Assembly: GCA_034667405.1 (NCBI GenBank)
Contig: JAXDJX010000019.1
Span: forward strand, 1,620 to 65,619
DNA from: Actinomycetota bacterium
GTDB taxonomy: Bacteria; Actinomycetota; UBA4738; HRBIN12
DNA length: 64,000 nt
Reading direction: 5' to 3'
Below, in pieces: positions 19,595 through 29,512 of this stretch. Both the position numbers and the translations under genes were made by a program. How positions within the stretch are numbered: position 1 is the stretch's first letter; each line of letters opens with the position of its first letter. The notes beneath the pieces are model-generated. The model did not search any database. It saw only the letters and a program-made list of their open reading frames with translations, and was not told the origin of the DNA.

Positions 19595-21861
19595 CCCTGG
19601 CTCCCATCGGTGACCTGGGCGGCGACGCCGCTCTCAAGCCCGAACCCCCGAAGGCTCACCAGCTTCTGATTCCGAGCGATGAGGAAGACGATGGGACGCT
19701 TGAAGAAGTACACGACGAACAGGTCGAGCAGCGTCGACACCAACAACGTGAGGGCGAACCCGCGCACGGAGCTGATCGCCGTCAGGTACAGGACCACGGC
19801 CGCGATCCCCGTCACCAGGTCTGCGGCAAGGATGGTCTTGAACGCGCGCTTGAACGCCGGCTGCACGGCCGAGCGCGGCGACTTCCCATTCCGCACTTCG
19901 TCTTTCAGCCGTTCGAAGAAGACGATGTAGGAGTCGGCCGTGACACCCAGAGAGATCACCAGTCCGGCGACCCCGGCAAGGGTCAGGGCGTAACTCAGGC
20001 TGCTCCCCGCCACGGAGATGAGCGCCAGCGCCAGCGTGGCCCAGATGGCCATCCCCGCCCAGGCGACGATGCCCAGCAACCGGTAGTAGAAGAGGAGGTA
20101 GAGGAAGAGGAGACCCAGTCCGATCAGGCCGGCAACGATGCCCTGATGTAGCGACGCCTTCCCGAGCGTGGGGCTGACGGTCTGCGTGGCCTTCCTGGTC
20201 AGCTCCACTGGGAGCGCTCCGGCATTGAGGATCGTCGCGAGGTCACTCGCGGTCTGTTGCGTGAAGTTCCCGGTGATCTGACCCTTGCCGTTGGTGATGG
20301 GGTTGATGACTTGCGGACTCGAGATAATGGAGCGGTCGACGGCGATCGCGATCTGGTCCTGCGGCGACTGACCCGCGGAGTGGTACTGGTACGCGAGGGT
20401 GCTGGCCTTGGCGAACGCGGTGGTGCCCGCTGCGTTCATCTGGAAGTCCACAGCCCATTGCGGCGTGGTGTTGGATTGTGAGGCGCCGTTGAAGGTGGCG
20501 TCGGCCCGCTTGATGTTGCTGCCGTCGACCACGACCGGACCGAGGCGAACCTTCGCCCCGAGACGCGGATCCGGGTACACCACCTCGGTCTTGTCCAGGG
20601 CCCCGACCGTGTTGCACAGTTCCGGCGTGTGATCCGGGTCGTTCTTGCTACAGGTGATCGGCGTCGGATCGGTCGCCGGAAGCAGAGCGAGCACCGGACG
20701 TTCTTCCAGCCGGGATGTCTTGCCGATGATGTCCAAGAGGTGTCCCTGGCTGGTCAGCCGCTGCTTGTTCTGGGCGGCCACCAGACTCACGTAGCAACCC
20801 AGCACCTCTTTCGTTGAGCTGACCACGCAGTACGTTTTCGTCTCCTTGGTGACCTGGATCTCGTCCACCGCGGCCTTCGCCTTGCTCTTGGAGGTGAAGC
20901 CGCAGGGAAGCGGATCGGCGTGCGTCCGGTCGAGCGTCGCGAACGGGCTCGGCTTGGGAGCGCTCGGCGAGGCACTTGCGCTCGCCGAGGCCGACGCAGA
21001 GGCCGATGCAGAAGGGCTGGCGTGCTTCGCCTTGCCGGCCTTCGATGGGCTCGGCTCGGGGTTCGGCGAAGGGCTCGGCGTCGGATTCGCGATCGCGACG
21101 CCGTTGTCGACGATGCAGTAGTTGTACTCCTCGACGACCGTCTTCAGCGTCTTCTGAAAGGTCTGCGCCTTCTGCTGGGTCGGCTTGCATGCCAGCTCGG
21201 TAGCGGTGCTGTCCGTCACGCAGTACGCCGAGGGAGCGGTTCCCGGCCCGGTGGTGTCGCTCGGATTCGCTGTTGGGGTCGCCGACGGGCTCGTTGAACC
21301 GGAAGGGGTCCCCGAGGCGCTGGAGGTTGGGGTGGGTGTTGGCGTGGCCTGCGCTGCGACCGTGAGGCTCGAGAGCTCGGTGGTTGCTTCGGTCTTGCTC
21401 GGGTAGCACTTCAGCTGCTTGCCGTCCTTGTCCTCGATGCAGACGCTGCTGGGCGTTCCATGTACCTCGAGCACCTTGAGACCGGCGGCCGCTGCCGCCT
21501 CCGTTGTCCCGCAGGCATAGACCTCGCCCGCGGTTCCGATCAGGCAGTACTGCGTCTTCGGGCGGGTTTCGATCACACTCTTGGTGAGTCCGGGCACCTC
21601 CACCTGGATGGTTGTCCCGGTCAGCGTGATATCGGGCTCACCGACCCCGAACGCGTCGACACGATTGCGGATGTTCGTGAGCGCCTGCTGCATGACGTTG
21701 CTGGGCGTGCCGGAGGGGGCGGCCAGGATCACCGATACCCCACCCTCCAGGTCCAATCCGAGCACGGGCTTCAGACTCTTCGTGGCGAAACCCACCACGG
21801 AGGAAATCACCAAGATGGCAACGAAGATGATGCTCGCCCACAGACCTCTGCTTCGTTTCAA
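19591..21861 (-). CDS. secD: Protein translocase subunit SecD, with a long Ser/Thr/Pro/Ala-rich and Cys-pair-module insertion in the periplasmic domain
   Basis: 756 aa. N-terminal TM, conserved SecD P1 head and C-terminal 6-TM region (GLIGLGLLFLYLLFYY...). Extended by a roughly 250-aa low-complexity insertion. Confidence 0.9.
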   Translation of the reverse strand: MKRSRGLWASIIFVAILVISSVVGFATKSLKPVLGLDLEGGVSVILAAPSGTPSNVMQQALTNIRNRVDAFGVGEPDITLTGTTIQVEVPGLTKSVIETRPKTQYCLIGTAGEVYACGTTEAAAAAGLKVLEVHGTPSSVCIEDKDGKQLKCYPSKTEATTELSSLTVAAQATPTPTPTSSASGTPSGSTSPSATPTANPSDTTGPGTAPSAYCVTDSTATELACKPTQQKAQTFQKTLKTVVEEYNYCIVDNGVAIANPTPSPSPNPEPSPSKAGKAKHASPSASASASASASASASPSAPKPSPFATLDRTHADPLPCGFTSKSKAKAAVDEIQVTKETKTYCVVSSTKEVLGCYVSLVAAQNKQRLTSQGHLLDIIGKTSRLEERPVLALLPATDPTPITCSKNDPDHTPELCNTVGALDKTEVVYPDPRLGAKVRLGPVVVDGSNIKRADATFNGASQSNTTPQWAVDFQMNAAGTTAFAKASTLAYQYHSAGQSPQDQIAIAVDRSIISSPQVINPITNGKGQITGNFTQQTASDLATILNAGALPVELTRKATQTVSPTLGKASLHQGIVAGLIGLGLLFLYLLFYYRLLGIVAWAGMAIWATLALALISVAGSSLSYALTLAGVAGLVISLGVTADSYIVFFERLKDEVRNGKSPRSAVQPAFKRAFKTILAADLVTGIAAVVLYLTAISSVRGFALTLLVSTLLDLFVVYFFKRPIVFLIARNQKLVSLRGFGLESGVAAQVTDGSQG

Positions 21862-21902
21862 GGGTTCTCAGTCCTCAGTCCTGTGTTGGCCGGGCCCAGG
21901 AG

Positions 21903-22313
21903 TCACGGCGTTGCGTCGTCCCCTGTCGCGTCGGACAAGAACCCGGAGCGGGTGCCGTCCTCCTCCTCATCCTGCGCATCGTCGTCATCGTCCTCGTCGT
22001 ACTCGTCTTCGGTGATGCGCTGGGCGATGGCCCCTCGAACCGCCTTGATGTGCATACCGGGGGCGATCTCCAACACGACCGTTCCCTCGTCATCGTCGAT
22101 CTCCAGCACGGTGGCGTAGATGCCCGAGGTCGTCAGGACCTCATCCCCTTCTTCGACGCTCCGCTGCAACGTCTGCTGGGCGCGGACCCGCCGCTGCTGG
22201 GGACGGATCAGTAGGAAATAGCCCACGACGCCCATCAGGAGGAGCGGCGCGAGCGTCACGAGGCCGCCCCCGCTCGAGGAGGTGGTGGTAGCTGCGAGGA
22301 ACGAACCGAACAT
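21903..22313 (-). CDS. yajC: Preprotein translocase subunit YajC with acidic C-terminal tail
   Basis: 136 aa. TM helix then the YajC core (GDEVLTTSGIYATV) and a poly-Asp/Glu tail. Confidence 0.8.
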   Translation of the reverse strand: MFGSFLAATTTSSSGGGLVTLAPLLLMGVVGYFLLIRPQQRRVRAQQTLQRSVEEGDEVLTTSGIYATVLEIDDDEGTVVLEIAPGMHIKAVRGAIAQRITEDEYDEDDDDDAQDEEEDGTRSGFLSDATGDDATP

Positions 22314-22384
22314 GGCGGTGCCCTTCGTCGTTGTACGGGAGGCCCGAGTCTACCCGTCCCGGCTCAGCTTCGGGGTTCTCCGGC

Positions 22385-23428
22385 CTACAGAGGCAGCGTC
22401 CCGGGCGCAGTGACCCCCAGATGGGCCGACGCTCGGGGTGTCGCGACCCGCCCCCGGGGCGTTCGTTGGAGGAAGCCCAGCTGGAGCAGGTATGGCTCCA
22501 CGACGTCTTCGACCGTGTCCGTCTCCTCGCCCACCGACGCCGCAAGGGTGGAAAGTCCCACGGGTCCCCCACCGAACTTCTGGATCAGGGCGGCAAGCAC
22601 GGCGTGGTCCAGTCGGTCAAGGCCGAGTTCGTCGACCTCGAAGAGTTGAAGCCCTGCGCGCGCGATGTCGCCCGAGATCGCACCTTCGTGCCGCACCTCC
22701 GCGAAGTCCCGAACCCGGCGGAGGAGCCGGTTCGCGATCCGAGGGGTGCCACGGGAACGGCGGGCGATCTCATCGGCGCCGTCGGCATCGGTCCGGACCC
22801 CCAGGATCCCCGCCGATCGGAGGGCGATCGTCGCGAGCTCGTCGGGGGCGTAGTAGTCGAGTCGAGGGCTGAAACCGAACCGTTCTCGCAGAGGGAGGGT
22901 GATCCGGCCGGGACGGGTGGTCGCCGCGACCAGCGTGAACCGCGGCAGCTCGAGCCGGATCGATCTGGCCGTCGGACCTTTCCCGAGCATCACGTCCAGG
23001 TTGAAATCCTCCAGTGCCGGATAGAGGACCTCCTCGACTGGCCTCGGCATCCGGTGGATCTCATCCACGAACAGGACATCGCCCTCGCCGAGATTGGTCA
23101 GGATGGCTGCCAGGTCGCTCGGGCGATCGAGCGCAGGTCCCGACGTGGGCTGGAACCCCGCACCCATCTCATGCGCGACGATCTGGGCCAGCGTGGTTTT
23201 GCCGAGTCCCGGCGGACCGCTGAACAAGAGATGGTCGATCGTCTCGCCCCGGGCCCGCGCACCCTCGATGAGGAGCGCCAACTGCTCCTTCACCCGCTCC
23301 TGCCCGACGAATTCGTCGAGCGAGCGAGGGCGGAGCGCGACATCGAACTCGCGATCTTCCGAACTCACAACGGCACCCTCGATGAGGCGTTCGTCGGCGG
23401 TGAGGTCGATATCGGGGTGCTCGTCCAT
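22385..23428 (-). CDS. ruvB: Holliday junction branch migration ATPase RuvB
   Basis: Walker [12 protein letters not shown], Walker B LFVDEIHR, and a RuvB winged-helix C-terminus. Start chosen at MDEHPDIDL; the track 5-prime extension was rejected. Confidence 0.9.
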   Translation of the reverse strand: MDEHPDIDLTADERLIEGAVVSSEDREFDVALRPRSLDEFVGQERVKEQLALLIEGARARGETIDHLLFSGPPGLGKTTLAQIVAHEMGAGFQPTSGPALDRPSDLAAILTNLGEGDVLFVDEIHRMPRPVEEVLYPALEDFNLDVMLGKGPTARSIRLELPRFTLVAATTRPGRITLPLRERFGFSPRLDYYAPDELATIALRSAGILGVRTDADGADEIARRSRGTPRIANRLLRRVRDFAEVRHEGAISGDIARAGLQLFEVDELGLDRLDHAVLAALIQKFGGGPVGLSTLAASVGEETDTVEDVVEPYLLQLGFLQRTPRGRVATPRASAHLGVTAPGTLPL

Positions 23429-23432
23429 CGTC

Positions 23433-23999
23433 CTAGCGTCCCACGCGCTGGAGGGCTTCGCGCAGGAGATCCTCCACCTCGCGTCCGTCGGGTTCGACAC
23501 CGGTGAGTGCGACAGCCGCCTCCTGCTGCGTGAGCCCCAACTGCATCAACGCCTCACGCACATCCGCTACAGGACCCTCGGCGGCCAGGTCGGTGGCCCC
23601 ACCCAGCTTCTCGCGGAGATCGAGGATGACTCGCTGGGCGACCTTCTTACCGACTCCGGGCACAACCACCAACGCGGCCGCATCGCCGTCGACGATGGCG
23701 CGTGTGAGTGTCGCGGTCGAGAGCGCAGACAACATGTTCAGCGCGACCTTCGGTCCGACCCCGCTCACCCCCGTGAGATGGTCGAACAGTGCCCGCTCGT
23801 CCGTAGTCGAGAACCCGTAGAGGAGCATGGCGTCATCGCGGACGATCATCCTCGTATGGACGCGCGCGGTACGGCCCACGGCCGGAAGCGCCGCGATGAC
23901 CGAGGTCGGGGCCTGGATGTCGTAGCCCACGCCGGCGACGTTCAGGACGATCCCCGAAGCCGAACGCTCCGCGACCTCCCCCTCCAGGAACGAGATCAT
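23433..23999 (-). CDS. ruvA: Holliday junction DNA helicase RuvA
   Basis: MISFLEGEV... OB fold, two HhH motifs ([23 protein letters not shown]) and C-terminal domain III. The ORF-track extension overlaps ruvC and was rejected. Confidence 0.9.
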   Translation of the reverse strand: MISFLEGEVAERSASGIVLNVAGVGYDIQAPTSVIAALPAVGRTARVHTRMIVRDDAMLLYGFSTTDERALFDHLTGVSGVGPKVALNMLSALSTATLTRAIVDGDAAALVVVPGVGKKVAQRVILDLREKLGGATDLAAEGPVADVREALMQLGLTQQEAAVALTGVEPDGREVEDLLREALQRVGR

Positions 24000-24505
24000 C
24001 GCGTGCCCAGCCGCGCGACGGACCGCATCCGGGCGGCGCTCAGGTGGGTGAGCGCGATGGCCACTGCGTCCGCCGCATCCGGTTGGTCCGGCACGGCCTT
24101 CAGTCCGTGGATCCGAACCAACGCATCTCGGACCTGGGCCTTGTCGGCATTCCCCATCCCGGTGATCGCGCTCTTCACTTCGGTGGGAGCGTATTCGTCC
24201 ACCGTCAGACCGGCCTCCGCGGCAACCACCATGACGGCTCCGGTTGCACGCGCCACCTGGAGTGCGCTCACGGTGTTGCGATTGAACGCGACTCGCTCCA
24301 GCGCCACGGTTCCGGGTGCATGGTCCTCGATGGCCCGACGCATCGCGGCCGCGAGGATCCGCAGACGCTCGGCTTCCTCCATGCCCGAAGGGGTGCGGAT
24401 GGTGTCGGCCCACAGGAGGACAGGTGTGCGCTGGGATCGAGCGACGCACGCGAGGCCCATCCGGGCCACGCCGGGGTCCACACCGAGTACGCACGCGTCG
24501 AACAT
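23996..24505 (-). CDS. ruvC: Crossover junction endodeoxyribonuclease RuvC
   Basis: Start at MFDACVLGVDPG (catalytic Asp), RNase H-like fold. The start codon lies inside a LexA box. Confidence 0.85.
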   Translation of the reverse strand: MFDACVLGVDPGVARMGLACVARSQRTPVLLWADTIRTPSGMEEAERLRILAAAMRRAIEDHAPGTVALERVAFNRNTVSALQVARATGAVMVVAAEAGLTVDEYAPTEVKSAITGMGNADKAQVRDALVRIHGLKAVPDQPDAADAVAIALTHLSAARMRSVARLGTR

Positions 24506-24513
24506 CTGTTCGT
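24498..24513. promoter_or_regulatory. LexA box overlapping the ruvC start codon
   Basis: TCGAACATCTGTTCGT. The CAT inside the left half is the complement of the ruvC ATG. It sits between the yebC stop and ruvC. Coordinates approximate. Confidence 0.75.
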
Positions 24514-24563
24514 GCAGTCTAGGCGCGGGGCCGAGGCCGGGCAATCACCCCGACGGGGCTCGG

Positions 24564-25313
24564 TCACAGTGACGCCATAACCTCTTCGGGGATGTCGAAA
24601 TTGGCGTAGACGTTCTGGACGTCGTCGAGTTCTTCGAGCGCTTCGATGAGCTTGAGCACCTGACGTGCTTCGCCGCCCTCCACCGGGATGGTGGTCTGCG
24701 GCATCATCGTGAGGTCGGCCGAATAGACCTGGACGCCGGCCTCCTCCAAGGCCCCTTGCACCTGCTTGAACACACCCGGCTCCGCCACGATGTCCCAGGA
24801 ACTCTCCGAGTCGCTGAGATCCTCGGCTCCCGCTTCAAGGGCAAGCTCTAGGAGTCGATCCTCGTCGGGCGCGACCGCCTTCTCCACCACGATGACGCCC
24901 TTCCTGGAGAACATCCAGGAGACGCTCCCCTGTTCGCCGAGATTGCCGTTGTTGCGGCTGAAGGCGTGCTTGATCTCTTGGCCCGTGCGGTTGCGATTGT
25001 CGGTGAGCGTTTCGATCAACAATGCGATGCCGCCGGGTGCGTAGCCCTCGTAGACGAGCTCCTGGTAGTGCGCGGTATCGGCGTCCGCCCCGACGCCTCG
25101 CTTGATGGCCCGGTCGATATTGTCGCTGGGGACGCTGAAGCTCTTCGCCTTCTCCACCGCGGAAGCCAGGGTCATATTCCCCTCGATGCTCCCGCCACCT
25201 TCGCGCGCCGCGACCTCGACCGCGCGCAACAGCTTCGCGTACATGTTCGAACGCTTGGAGTCGGTAGCTTCCTTCTTCCGTTTGATGGTGGCCCATTTGG
25301 AGTGACCAGACAT
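24564..25313 (-). CDS. yebC: YebC/PmpR family DNA-binding transcriptional regulator
   Basis: 249 aa beginning MSGHSKWATIKRKK, the hallmark YebC N-terminus. Confidence 0.9.
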   Translation of the reverse strand: MSGHSKWATIKRKKEATDSKRSNMYAKLLRAVEVAAREGGGSIEGNMTLASAVEKAKSFSVPSDNIDRAIKRGVGADADTAHYQELVYEGYAPGGIALLIETLTDNRNRTGQEIKHAFSRNNGNLGEQGSVSWMFSRKGVIVVEKAVAPDEDRLLELALEAGAEDLSDSESSWDIVAEPGVFKQVQGALEEAGVQVYSADLTMMPQTTIPVEGGEARQVLKLIEALEELDDVQNVYANFDIPEEVMASL

Positions 25314-25883
25314 CTAGACCTTCCTCAAGACGTACTCATGCAGCGCCGAATCTCCCACTAGCTCCGGGTGGAACGATGCCACCACGATGTTCCCTTGTTC
25401 CAGGACGACCGGATGCCCCTCGTGTTCGGCCAGGATACGGACCTGCGAGCCCACATCGTCCACCCGCGGCGCTCTGATGAACACCCCACGAACCGGGTGA
25501 TCGATCCCCTCGACCGAGAGGTCGGTCTCGAACGATTCGACCTGGCGACCGTAGGCGTTGCGGTGCACAGTGATGTCGATCAACGGGAAGAGCGGCTCGC
25601 CTGTGCCGTCGATGCGGTCGGCGAGAACGATCATGCCCGCGCAGGTGCCGAAGATCGGCATCCCGGCGGCCGCACGCTCCAAGACCGGCTCCACGAACCC
25701 GTAGAGGCGGGCGAGCTTCCCGATCGTCGTCGACTCACCACCGGGGATAACCAGACACTCGACATCGGCCAACTGCTCCGGCGTGCGAACCTCGAGGGGC
25801 GTTGCCCCCGCCGATGCCAGCATCCGCGCGTGCTCCCGGAAATCTCCCTGCAGCGCGAGCACACCAGCCTTCACCGCAGACCT
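25314..25883 (-). CDS. pdxT: Pyridoxal 5-phosphate synthase glutaminase subunit PdxT
   Basis: Class I glutamine amidotransferase: GVLALQG, catalytic Cys in GTCAGMI, and His/Glu (SFHPEL). GTG start near 25883. The track extension overlaps pdxS. Confidence 0.85.
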   Translation of the reverse strand, partial: RSAVKAGVLALQGDFREHARMLASAGATPLEVRTPEQLADVECLVIPGGESTTIGKLARLYGFVEPVLERAAAGMPIFGTCAGMIVLADRIDGTGEPLFPLIDITVHRNAYGRQVESFETDLSVEGIDHPVRGVFIRAPRVDDVGSQVRILAEHEGHPVVLEQGNIVVASFHPELVGDSALHEYVLRKV

Positions 25884-25896
25884 CCTCCGAGGACGG

Positions 25897-26814
25897 CTAC
25901 CAGCCGCGGTCTTGCAACCGCGTTTCCAACTTGCTGATCTCCAGGCCGGCCATCGGGTCGCCCAGTCCGTGCGAGACCTTCGCGAGGACGTCGGGATCCT
26001 GGAAATGCGTGGTGGCCTCGACCACGGCCCGCGCCATCGTGGCCGGATCTTCGGACTTGAATATCCCCGACCCCACGAACACGCCGTCAACGCCGAGCTG
26101 CATCATGAGCGCGGCATCGGCGGGCGTCGCGATCCCACCCGCGGAGAAATTGACCACGGGGAGTTTCCCGGTCTCGGCAACCATCCGAACCAGTTCCACC
26201 GGTGCCCCGAGATCCTTCGCCTTCGTGACGTACTGCTCGGGACGAAGCGTGGTCACCTCGGCGATGTCGCGGAGGATCTGGCGTTCGTGACGGACGGCCT
26301 CCACCACATTGCCGGTCCCCGCTTCACCCTTCGTGCGGATCATCGCCGCGCCCTCAGCGATCCTTCGGAGCGCCTCTCCGAGGTTGCGGGCACCGCAGAC
26401 GAACGGCACCGTGAAGGCCCATTTGTCGATGTGGTACTCCTCGTCGGCAGGCGTGAGGACCTCGGACTCGTCGATGTAGTCCACGTTCAGCGATTGAAGG
26501 ATCTGCGCCTCGACGAAATGGCCGATCCGGGCCTTCGCCATCACGGGGATGCTCACGCATTCCTGGATCTCCTGGACTTTCGTGGGGTCTGCCATCCGTG
26601 CGACGCCCCCGTCCCGGCGGATGTCGGAGGGAACCCGCTCCAAGGCCATGACCGCACACGCGCCTGCGTCTTCCGCGATCTTCGCCTGGTCGGCATTGGT
26701 GACGTCCATGATGACGCCGCCCTTCAGCATCTCCGCCAGGCCCGACTTCACCCGAAACGTCCCGGTTTCGCGCTCCACTGTGGATCCCTCCTCGACGAGT
26801 TCGTTCAAGGCCAC
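25897..26814 (-). CDS. pdxS: Pyridoxal 5-phosphate synthase lyase subunit PdxS
   Basis: 305 aa. (beta/alpha)8 PdxS with GGVIMDV, the catalytic Lys region and FVGSGIFKS. Confidence 0.95.
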   Translation of the reverse strand: MALNELVEEGSTVERETGTFRVKSGLAEMLKGGVIMDVTNADQAKIAEDAGACAVMALERVPSDIRRDGGVARMADPTKVQEIQECVSIPVMAKARIGHFVEAQILQSLNVDYIDESEVLTPADEEYHIDKWAFTVPFVCGARNLGEALRRIAEGAAMIRTKGEAGTGNVVEAVRHERQILRDIAEVTTLRPEQYVTKAKDLGAPVELVRMVAETGKLPVVNFSAGGIATPADAALMMQLGVDGVFVGSGIFKSEDPATMARAVVEATTHFQDPDVLAKVSHGLGDPMAGLEISKLETRLQDRGW

Positions 26815-26850
26815 GAGTCTACCGCCCGCTTGCAGGTGCGAAGCAGCCGG

Positions 26851-27912
26851 CTACTTCGAGAACGTGGGTGTCATGCCGTTCGGCATCAGCTCGACGAACG
26901 TGGTTCCGGGCGCGAGCGGGATCCGTACGCCCTTCTTCGTCTTGAAGATCGTGACGGACTTCTGGCCGCCACGCGTCCAGGTCCCGGTGACCATCCGCCC
27001 ATTGCGCATGATCCACGCCCTGCCGGTTCCCGTGAGGGCCACTTCGGGTGAATAGTTCCCCAGGACGTCGTGGAGGTTGGACTTCGTGACCACTACTTCC
27101 TGAACGACGACGTTGGTGACCTGGATGGGACCTCCGGCCTCCAGCATCATCGGAGTCCCGTTCAGCTGACGAACCCAGGTCTTCGTGACGGCGTTCCATT
27201 TCCAATCGCCACTCACGCCGGTGCTGAAGGGGATGATCGCCGATGACACCTTCCGGCTCGGATTGATCACCTTCGGTCCATAGGTGAAGGCGGGCTTCGG
27301 CGGTCCCTGCTGCGTCGCCGCCTTGCCCGCGCGCGCGTAGAGCTTCGGGACGCTCACGAAGAGATTGTGGGGGATGACTCTGGGTGCCGGCGCTCGCGTG
27401 AAGGCGGCGGCGCCGTTGGTCTCGTCGTAGGCCAGGACTCCCGCGTGCTTCAGGGCGTTGACCACGGCAAGCTGAGCGCCCGAGTAGCCAAGGACCGGAT
27501 GCGTGTTGTAAGGGACCAGGATCTTCGGGTCCGTCGTTCGTGCGCTGCGAACCGGGCCCACCTTCGCAGCTTCGCTGCATTGGTAGACCGCCATGAACCG
27601 GGTGAGCCCACCCTCGACCAACTCCTCGTACATGATGTCGGCGTTCTGCAATCCAACGAGCGGATATGCGTCGGTGGTGTTCTCGACCTTCACGGCGACG
27701 ACGGGACGCTGGGGTACCGCTTTCCCGCCGGCCGGAGCAACGCCGGTGAGGGGACAAGGCGGCGGAGGCGGAGGCGAACTCTCACGGCCAACGATCTGAC
27801 CGATAACGTTCGGCGCGTGCCCGCTGAGCGCCCAGGCGGTCAATCCACCGGCAAGCAGCAGCACGACGACGACGACGGATACCACCGCGCGGCCGCGACT
27901 GGTGAGAGACAA
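26851..27912 (-). CDS. DUF3048-family secreted/membrane-anchored protein
   Basis: 353 aa. N-terminal signal-anchor, a poly-Pro linker (SSPPPPPPCPLTG), then a conserved DUF3048-like body (PVVAVKVENT...). Family call is by recollection only. Confidence 0.55.
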   Translation of the reverse strand: MSLTSRGRAVVSVVVVVLLLAGGLTAWALSGHAPNVIGQIVGRESSPPPPPPCPLTGVAPAGGKAVPQRPVVAVKVENTTDAYPLVGLQNADIMYEELVEGGLTRFMAVYQCSEAAKVGPVRSARTTDPKILVPYNTHPVLGYSGAQLAVVNALKHAGVLAYDETNGAAAFTRAPAPRVIPHNLFVSVPKLYARAGKAATQQGPPKPAFTYGPKVINPSRKVSSAIIPFSTGVSGDWKWNAVTKTWVRQLNGTPMMLEAGGPIQVTNVVVQEVVVTKSNLHDVLGNYSPEVALTGTGRAWIMRNGRMVTGTWTRGGQKSVTIFKTKKGVRIPLAPGTTFVELMPNGMTPTFSK

Positions 27913-28036
27913 AGCGAGGAACCTCCTGAGGGTTGGGAAAGACGTTCCGGCGTCCCATCACGGGGATCCGCCGCGCCTGGATGGTAGAGGCGAGATGGGG
28001 CCGCCTCAAACATCCGGACCTAATTCGACGGGTTCT

Positions 28037-28954
28037 TCACATCTCCTGGAGCCGCTTGATCCGCTCCTCGATGGGTGGGTGGGTGGAGAACAGCTTCTCC
28101 ATGGTTGTGGTCTTGCCACTTCCCGGCAACCGGGAAGGCTGCTCGAGCCAGAGGTGTGCGGTGGCGTTGTTCGCTCCGCGCATGGCGTGCGGCGCATCGC
28201 GGATCTTCTCGAGGGCGCTGATCAACCCCGGCGGGTACCGCGTGAGCATGGCACCCTGAGCGTCCGCCAGATATTCACGGTTGCGCGACACGCTGAGCTT
28301 GATCAACTGGCCCAGGATCGGCGCGAGGATCAGCAGGAGGAACCCCACGACGAACAGAACGAGTTCGATCGGACTTCCGCCCGAACTGTTGTCGTTGCCG
28401 CCGCGACGGCCGCCTCCCCCACCGAACCACCAGAACCGCATCACGAACTCGGACAGGAGGATCGCCGCACCCACCAAGGTCGCCACCACCGTCCCCACAA
28501 GGATGTCCCTGTCGACCACATGCGACATCTCGTGGCCGATGACGCCCTCGAGCTCGACCCGGTTCATGATGTCGAGCAACCCTTGCGTGACGGCGATGGA
28601 CGAATGTTCGGGATCGCGTCCGGTCGCGAACGCGTTGGGAGCGCCCTCGGGCACGATGAAGACCCGGGGTTTCGGAACGCCGGCCGCGATCGCGAGACCC
28701 TCGACCACGTTATGCAGGCGCGGTTCCTCCTCGGCTGTCACTTCTCGGGCGTGTGAGGCCGCAAGCACCATGCGGTCGCCGTAGAGATACGAACTCACGG
28801 ACATGACGATCGCGATCACGCCGGCGATCACCAAGCCGGCAGGCCCGGAGAACCAGACCAGACCAACCGCGTACCCGATGGCCCCAAGGAAGAGCACGGA
28901 GGCGACGATCAGCAGGATGGTCTTGCGTTTGTTCGCCGAGATCTGTTCGTACAT
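28037..28954 (-). CDS. htpX: Zinc metalloprotease HtpX (M48 family)
   Basis: 305 aa. HEMSHV zinc motif, four TM segments and a Gly-rich loop. Confidence 0.85.
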   Translation of the reverse strand: MYEQISANKRKTILLIVASVLFLGAIGYAVGLVWFSGPAGLVIAGVIAIVMSVSSYLYGDRMVLAASHAREVTAEEEPRLHNVVEGLAIAAGVPKPRVFIVPEGAPNAFATGRDPEHSSIAVTQGLLDIMNRVELEGVIGHEMSHVVDRDILVGTVVATLVGAAILLSEFVMRFWWFGGGGGRRGGNDNSSGGSPIELVLFVVGFLLLILAPILGQLIKLSVSRNREYLADAQGAMLTRYPPGLISALEKIRDAPHAMRGANNATAHLWLEQPSRLPGSGKTTTMEKLFSTHPPIEERIKRLQEM

Positions 28955-28959
28955 ACGGG

Positions 28960-29509
28960 CTAGAACCTAGCCTGAACGGGGCCGCGAGCCGCGTCTTCGA
29001 TCTGGAAGAACGGCTTTGGGGTGAACCCGAGTGGCCCCGCAAGGAGGTTCGTCGGGAACTGTTGGATCTTCGTATTCAGCTTCATGACCTGGTCGTTGTA
29101 GAACTGGCGCGCATAGGCGATCTTCGATTCGGTGCCGGTCAGCTCTTCTTGGAGCGCCAGGAAGTTCTCGCTCGCCTTGAGGTCCGGATAGTTCTCGGCG
29201 ACCGCCATGAGCCTGCCGAGGCCCGCCGTCACGGCCTGGTCGGCGGCGGCTTGTTGATCGATGCCTTGGGCGCCCATGGCGGCGTTGCGGAGCCTGGCCA
29301 CATCTTCGAAGAGCTCGCGTTCGTGGGTGGCGTACCCCTCGACGGTTTGGACCAGGTTGGGGATGAGGTCGTACCGGCGACGCAGCTGCACGTCGATCTC
29401 CGACCAGCCGTTGTCGGCCCGGTTGCGGAGCGACACCAGCCCGTTGAACGCGAACGCCACCCACAGGAGGATCAAGGCCAGGATGCCGAGCACGATCCAG
29501 ATGATCATG
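28960..29509 (-). CDS. lemA: LemA family protein
   Basis: Start at MIIWIVLGILALILLWVAF (TM), then the LemA helical domain. The canonical LemA-HtpX pair. The longer track ORF was rejected. Confidence 0.8.
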
Positions 29510-29512
29510 CGC

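Noticed and set aside
20940-21010. Near-tandem hexanucleotide repeats (GCN-TCN)n as a non-coding microsatellite or CRISPR-like array
   Set aside because: They lie inside secD and encode an (Ala-Ser)n linker. No spacer/repeat architecture and no cas genes are present.
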